Assembly (NCBI GenBank): GCA_964016885.1
Contig: CAXHJY010001444.1
Span: 62,001 to 126,000 of the forward strand
Direction: 5' to 3'
Source: Eledone cirrhosa
Taxonomy: Eukaryota
Length of the DNA stretch: 64,000 bases
Within the stretch, counting starts at the first letter, position 1. The number at the start of each line of letters is the position of its first letter. The notes beneath the pieces were generated by a model. The model was not told the origin of the DNA, did no database searches, and saw nothing but the letters and a program-made list of their open reading frames with translations. Positions 56,167-64,000 of the stretch are shown one piece after another. The position numbers were made by a program, and so were the translations under genes.

Positions 56167-56626
56167 TATATGTAAAGAAGAAGAACAAGAAGAAGGATTA
56201 GTATGATGATGATGATGATGATGAGGAGGAGGAGGAGGAGGAGGAGAAGAAGAAGTTTGATTAAACAGATCAATTGATGGCTAATGGAACACTTTCAATT
56301 TTCCTTTATTTATTAATATACTTTTCTTTCGGAAAGACCTGAATATTCCATGTTTCCATATATTTTTTACATGGAGAATATGCTAAGTATTGTTTATATA
56401 AAAAGCAATCTCTAATATATAATACCCGGTGTGTTGGTTGGCAGGTTCGATCTCATATGTCTCGCATAAGAGCACATATAAACGATGAGTAGTAGAGGTG
56501 AAAGATAGAGAGTGAGATTTAAAATATGAGTTGAATAAAGAGCATACGTACATACCTTAGTGACTGTTAGATAGCTGAAATAAGCATGCACACATACACA
56601 TATTCACTTACCCAAAACCGCACGCG

Positions 56627-56723
<97 letters not shown>

Positions 56724-57034
56724 TAATTGTCGTCTGCTGGGAGGATAAGCAATGCTTATAGCGCAAGCACGAAGTTGCGTTTTGTTCTGACCTTTCTTCG
56801 CTCAAGATTGGTATAAACATATATGAAAGTATCTATTCATCTTCTTAAATTATCATTGTTTCTTTCCTTTTCTCAATCACCTATTTCACGTACGGAATCT
56901 ATTTTGATTAATACTATTTTGACATATCTATTGTTACCAACAGTGACAAACGTGTACTTCCAAATTTAACTGTTATGTGACGGGTAACCCTTGTATATAT
57001 ACATACATGCATCCCCACAACACACACAAATGTG

Positions 57035-57109
<75 letters not shown>

Positions 57110-57186
57110 TTAAAAGGAAAAAACAAAAACAATAACGAAGAGTGCAGTACAAACAGTGTAGGTATTAGGATACGCTTGAGAGTGGC

Positions 57187-57224
<38 letters not shown>

Positions 57225-57329
57225 TAAGTGATTCAGTGAAACACTGGTGTTGGTACCAAAGCAAGCACTCTATGCTCAGGCAGAGTGCATATATTAAAAT
57301 AACTTCCTCGTTTTTTTTCTAATATTTCT

Positions 57330-57361
<32 letters not shown>

Positions 57362-57374
57362 GATATACATATAG

Positions 57375-58357
<983 letters not shown>

Positions 58358-58432
58358 TATATATATATATATGTAAGTATATAATAAATGGGGAATAAAG
58401 AATCAGTATTGCATCATATACATATTTAATTA

Positions 58433-58522
58433 TATATTGCATATGTTTCACTGCCGATCAGTTCGAGGAACGATTGAATAATTTTCCTTCCTGACTCTGG
58501 AATCGGAAACTCCTCAGATATG
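58433..58522 (-). ncRNA. Degenerate hammerhead motif
   Basis: atat CTGAGGA gtttccgatt...gatcggcagt GAAA catatg CA atat. U16.1 is mutated. Confidence 0.5.
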
Positions 58523-58796
58523 TGTTCTCACATGTCGACTCACATTCAAATGTTGCTGAATTCCTAAACACCCGATTCGTTATTTTGGGTCATCGTCGAG
58601 TTTATCATGCTAAATTGTGTTTGGTAGTATCCTTGTGGGTAGATGACCTAGAATTCATCAGCATTTGCTGTCACTCGTTGGTCAGGATGGCAAATTATGC
58701 TAGTCTGGTACACACACACAGACAGACACACACACACACACACACACATACACAAACACACACACACACACATATATACATGTATATATATATATA

Positions 58797-58838
<42 letters not shown>

Positions 58839-58989
58839 CGCGCGTATGTGTGTGTGTGTGTTTGTGTGTATGTGTAGCAGACCAGCATAATTTACCATAT
58901 ATATATATATATATATATAAATATAAATATTTTCTTTTTTCGAATGATAAACTTTCGTCAAATCGGATCGAGGAAACAATGTTTCCATT

Positions 58990-59303
58990 GTTCTTTCCAA
59001 ATGCTAATACTATCTAACTGTCGCAACTCCAGGTAGTAGGAGCAGCGTGAAATAAAGTGTCTTGCTCAAGGACATAACGCATCGCCTGGTCGAGGAATCG
59101 AACTCACAACCTCACGACTGTGAATCCAATTCTCTAACCACTCAGACATTATATATATATAATTTTAATTCAAGTGAAATACCAAAGATGATATTTCAAA
59201 TCATTTTATTAAATTCTACAATTTTAATGCAGACAGATAACAATAACATATCCTCTGGAAACCAATATAAGACCTGGAGAATACATTTCCCCTTCCCAAA
59301 ACA

Positions 59304-59364
<61 letters not shown>

Positions 59365-60034
59365 GATCCTCTCCTTGGGTTCAATCCTGGTTATGTAACC
59401 TTTTAAAATTATATATATATATAGGTATATATATATGTTTTTATATATATATATATATATTCTGGTCGAGCAATCTTTGAAGTGTGGGGACAACTGGAAA
59501 GCTTCCATTACTCATACTTCTCGCCTTCTTCACTACCTCTTCTACGGCCTCGATATGAATACCCCCTCCGCCTCCGTGGTATTTTCTTCGTGGTTATAAG
59601 AGGCTTAGCTCCGTTTCCCGACCGTTATATCGCGTGACTGTCTCCCCCTCCGCCTTTTGGGATTCTTTCTCACGTCGTGTAGACGCGTTCCTGAGACTAG
59701 TAAAATGAGGTATCCTCTTGATAAGTCGGCAGACCTCGCAAGGACTCTATATCTTTGATATATTGTTTTTGTTTATGCCACGAAACTACGTAGTCGAGGA
59801 ATTTAGGAACAGTTTAGGTATGATACATTTTATTACTAATTATATCTAAATGTTTCTTCTCTCTTCATAATGTATTTTTAACTCTGATACTGGTTCAGTC
59901 TGGTTCAAACTGAATTAGTCTGTCCCAGTCATTCATTGAGCAACATCGGTGAAGTTGGCACCCTTAACTCACAGTTGGGTGCGGATGCATTCATGTATAT
60001 ATGTGTGTGTCCGCATGTATCTGTGTGTTTCTAA

Positions 60035-60095
<61 letters not shown>

Positions 60096-60410
60096 ATATA
60101 AGTCCCGGGTTCAATCGGGGGTGACCACAATAAGAAAGGTACTCAATACGTTATTAGAGTGTATACAACAAATTGAATATAGAAATGGCTCCTGCAGAAC
60201 TAGAACTTCTGTAGGAGCCATTTCACTTGAATTAAAATTATATATATATAATGTCTGAGTGGTTAGAGAATTGGATTCACAATCGTGAGGTTGTGAGTTC
60301 GATTCCTCGACCAGGCGATGCGTTATGTCCTTGAGCAATACACTTTATTTCACGTTGCTCCTTCTACCTGGAGTTGCGACAGCTAGATAGTATTAGTAAT
60401 TGGAAAGAAC
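58990..60410. repeat. Inverted 190-bp arms (58990-59180 and 60220-60410), each containing the same tRNA-headed SINE fragment and flanks
   Basis: The ORF track shows MLKDITHRLVEESNSQPHDCESNSLTTQTLYIYNFNSSE on both strands. Confidence 0.85.
59713..59800 (+). ncRNA. Type I hammerhead, U3-A8 variant, within cassette 59460-60030
   Basis: tcctc TTGATAA gtcggca...tgccac GAAA ctacgtag TC gagga. Core and stems match 57578-57667 while the loop has diverged. Confidence 0.8.
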
Positions 60411-61352
60411 TGGTTAGGAGTCAGCAAAACCACGTTTTATTGAACCTGATTTTATATATATATGTATATATATTTTATATGTGTATATATGTGTATTTTA
60501 TATATATGTATGTATATATAAGTATATGTTTTATATATGTATGTGTATTTTATATATATATGTATGTATGTTTTATGTGTGTATATATTTTATGTATGTA
60601 TTTTATGTATATATATATATTTTATGTATATATATATATTTTATATATATATATTATATATGTGTATGTTCTGTTTATATATATATATTTTATATATATA
60701 TATGTATGCTTGTGCGTACATACGTGCATGCATATATATATATATATATATATGCACACCTGTATGGATTTGTGTGTGTAGATGTGTGATGTCTAAGGGG
60801 GTACGTGTGAGTGTATGTACAAGTCAACCAGCATAAACCTTTTATTTCTAAATTTTCTAAACTATCTAAGTATTGGACTCTAACCAATATTTTAAGTATT
60901 ATCACCCCAGATTTTGTATATGTGGATGTGTGTGTGTGTCTGGAGAGGGGGTGTGAGTGTAGTGTAAGCCAACCTACATAAGTCTTTTTATTTGTAATTG
61001 TTCTACTCTAACCATAAATTTCAGTAGCACCACTCCACATACATACCTCAATTTATGAATGACCTGTAGTATCTATTTAATACTATTAGCCTTAATTGAA
61101 TATATATCTGACCAGGAATGCTTTGTGTGAAAATCAGTCATATGGAAATATTGTCATCTTGCCTGACGGTTTGAACACCACCTGCCTCTTTGAGGTCAGA
61201 TACCAACCCTACTACCATATACACACTGATCAATGAGAATCAAGACTATTCCTGCTGACAACATTAAATTATTCCTAACAAGCTCATATGTCCCAAGGCT
61301 CTGATACCATCAACACTATAAACACAGAGCTAGGATATCTAAGTACTGACTA

Positions 61353-61408
61353 ACTGCCTGATGAGGTCATAGCCATTCAATGGCTATCATCGAAATATAT
61401 ATAGAAGT
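61353..61408 (+). ncRNA. Type I hammerhead, same family as 13255-13315
   Basis: actgc CTGATGA ggtcatagccatt c aatggctatcatc GAAA tatata TA gaagt. An upstream LPDGLN-like GIY-YIG end lies near 61160-61180. Confidence 0.75.
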
Positions 61409-61449
61409 AAATAAAGTATTATGAGTTCATGCAATTGACTTATGTTTCG

Positions 61450-61494
<45 letters not shown>

Positions 61495-61498
<4 letters not shown>

Positions 61499-62714
61499 TC
61501 ATCACCGTTTTACGTCCGTTCTTCCACGCTAGCATGGGTTAGACGGGTTGTCCTGTTGTGGGCAGTGTCTGGTCGGCTGACCATGCCTTGCTCATACAGG
61601 AACTGATTTGGCTTGATTTCTACAGCTGGATGCCCTTCCTAACACCAACCTCATTTACAGTGAGTGCTGGGTGCTTTGCCGTGGCACCTCCACGACCACC
61701 TTGCAGTGGGAGGGTGTGGGGGCATGTTGTCTATATGCTTCAGCTTGTACCTATGGGAGGTCGGGTACTCTGTATTACTGCGTGACGCCAGAGGTCACGG
61801 TCGTGTGTCATCGCCTTTGAGAGGTGTAATTGGGTAAGGTCGGCTTTTATCACCTCATCCCAGGTCATCTTGTATCTCCCCACTCCGCGGTTTCCATCGA
61901 CTTCTAGTGCTCTGCACCTTTTTATGCAGCTGTCATCCTTCATACGCATCACATGTCCATACCAACGCAACCGCCTCTCCTGCACACAGCATTTGATTCC
62001 TCTTATGCTCAGTCTCTCTCTCAATTCATTTATGCTTTGTCGGTCGCGTATATTACTATTACACATCCATCGGAGCATGCAGGCTTCGTTTCTCTCTAAT
62101 CTACGTAAGTCTTCCACCTTCAGTGCCCAGGTCTCACTACCATGTAACATTGCTGTTCGGATACACGCATCATACAGTCTGCCTTTCATTTTGAGGGAGA
62201 AGCCTTTTGCAGCTAACAGTGGCAGTAGTTCCCTGAACTTCTTCCATCCTGTTCTTACCCTAGTTATTGTACTTTCTGAACACCCACCTCCGCTGCTAAT
62301 TCGGTCACCTAGGTAGCAGAAGCTGTCTACTGTTTCTACAGAGCCCTCCCAGAGATTGGTGGTACTTGTTTCCTGTGGCTGCTTGCTACTTGCTGTCCCA
62401 GCACAGCTGCTGCATGTGAAGCCTATATTCTTAATTAAGCTTCCTGAGATACCGTTACATCTCTTGTGTACCCATTGTTTGCATTTGGGGCAGAGAATGG
62501 AGTTCCTACCTACACCTTTCCTATATACTGAGCAAGGCCATTTCCCTGAGGGGATCTGGGTTGTGTTTTCTCGTCTACTTACAAGGACCTTAGTCTTTGT
62601 CATGTTGACTTTGAGACCCTTTCTTTCTAGTCCCTGCTTCCAAGTTTGGAATTTCTTCTCTAGTTCTACCATAGATTCAGCTATAAGTGCGAGGTCATCA
62701 GCATACAGGAGTTC

Positions 62715-62718
<4 letters not shown>
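61495..62718 (-). mobile_element. RTE-clade LINE 3' fragment, close relative of 13743-15590
   Basis: WELLYADDLALIAES..RLRWYGHVMR, (GAT)n tail, (TA)n at both ends. Confidence 0.92.
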
Positions 62719-62799
<81 letters not shown>

Positions 62800-63021
62800 A
62801 TATACATAGCTTGTCTGCGCTAAAGGTGCCGCGAAGACCTCAGATCAAAGCAATACTCAATACATGCTATAATGCAGAGTGGGTATATTAGTGAGGTAGA
62901 GGATCCACCACGAATTATCTCATGTTTCGTGCTGTGTATGATGGAATGATGCTTACATTTCGTAATTCGTTCTTTTCACAGCAAAGGCTACTAATTCAAA
63001 TACACGGTCTGTTCTATCATA

Positions 63022-63081
<60 letters not shown>

Positions 63082-63372
63082 GTGTGTGTGTGTGTGTGTA
63101 TGTGTGTGTGTGTGTGCGCGAGTGTGCGAGTGTGTGTACGTTTTCTTAAGGCGAATTAACAACTCTGTCATATAAGAATATATTGGATTTTGTATAGACC
63201 AAATATAATTTTGCTATAAAGTAATTTAGTAATTGAAAGCTGAAGCTAAGAAATAGAAACAGTAAAAGTGTCGTCAAGCAACGGAATTATTGCGATTTAA
63301 ATCTATTTATCACCATAGTATATTATAGAATAAATCTATAGAGTCTAGATTCCTTGTACGTGTAAACTAACT

Positions 63373-63432
63373 GAAATTCCTTAGAAATTCCTTAGAAATT
63401 CCTTAGAAATTCCTTAGAAATTCATTAGAAAT
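63373..63432. repeat. 11-bp tandem repeat (gaaattcctta), about 5.5 copies
   Basis: Direct reading. Confidence 0.9.
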
Positions 63433-64000
63433 ATTGAACAGACATAATAAATTGTTGTGTCTTGTATATACAATGTCACCATGAACGAAGATCGTTTAAA
63501 CGTTATGTCCATATCAGCAACAGCTTACCTTTTTCTCAACTAACAGCTGTAACATTATATTCAACCCTTTCATTACCATGTTTCGAAGATAAGAGACTGC
63601 CTATGATTTTAAAATCATTTCGAAAGTAATCAAGAATTTGGAAAAATTTAGTAATATAATTTTTTCATAATTAAGCTGGTGTTTGGGTCAGAGGCAAGAG
63701 AATACTGTTAAATATATATCCGTATTGGTTATTTTGACATCGACAACATTACTGCATTAACAAAAAAAAAAAAGAATACATATATATTTCAAGAATGTCA
63801 CGTATAATATTACTTGTCCATGGTCTATATATGTAACATTCTAATTACTGAACACAATAAAAGCCATAATCTATTATAGGTCTTTCCGTGGTCGAAGAAT
63901 TATACTACCGTTCAAGAACAGGCGTTTGATTTAATCAACTTTTCCTTTACCCAAATCCCCTGACCTTGTACCTAAATTAAAAATCCGTATTCAGGGCTTC

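Noticed and set aside
63373-63432. Short tandem repeats as a CRISPR array or telomere
   Set aside because: No spacers, eukaryotic context, and the unit is not TTAGGG.

Overview
AT-rich, repeat-saturated eukaryotic DNA. It is most likely a coleoid cephalopod (Octopus-like), inferred from the tRNA/Nin-type SINEs and the huge (TA)n/(CA)n tracts. No host protein-coding gene can be supported, and most listed ORFs are microsatellite noise. Transposon content: one CR1/L2-group LINE with an intact 1005-aa APE-RT ORF2 and a tandem-CCCH ORF1; several RTE, Tx1-like, R4/Dong-like and CRE-like fragments; a full-length dead mariner; many SINEs; and many Penelope-like element (PLE) fragments. The main hidden signal, found by manual folding, is about 23 type I hammerhead ribozyme (HHR) motifs from about 13 sequence families. 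Most have palindromic mini stem III helices, several have non-standard cores (UUGAUAA, UUGAAAA, CCGAAGA) or very long stem II inserts, and most sit in short non-coding cassettes next to (TA)n, often as tandem or back-to-back inverted pairs. This points to a PLE pseudo-LTR/retrozyme-like self-cleaving RNA system. All structures were read by eye and many boundaries are approximate.
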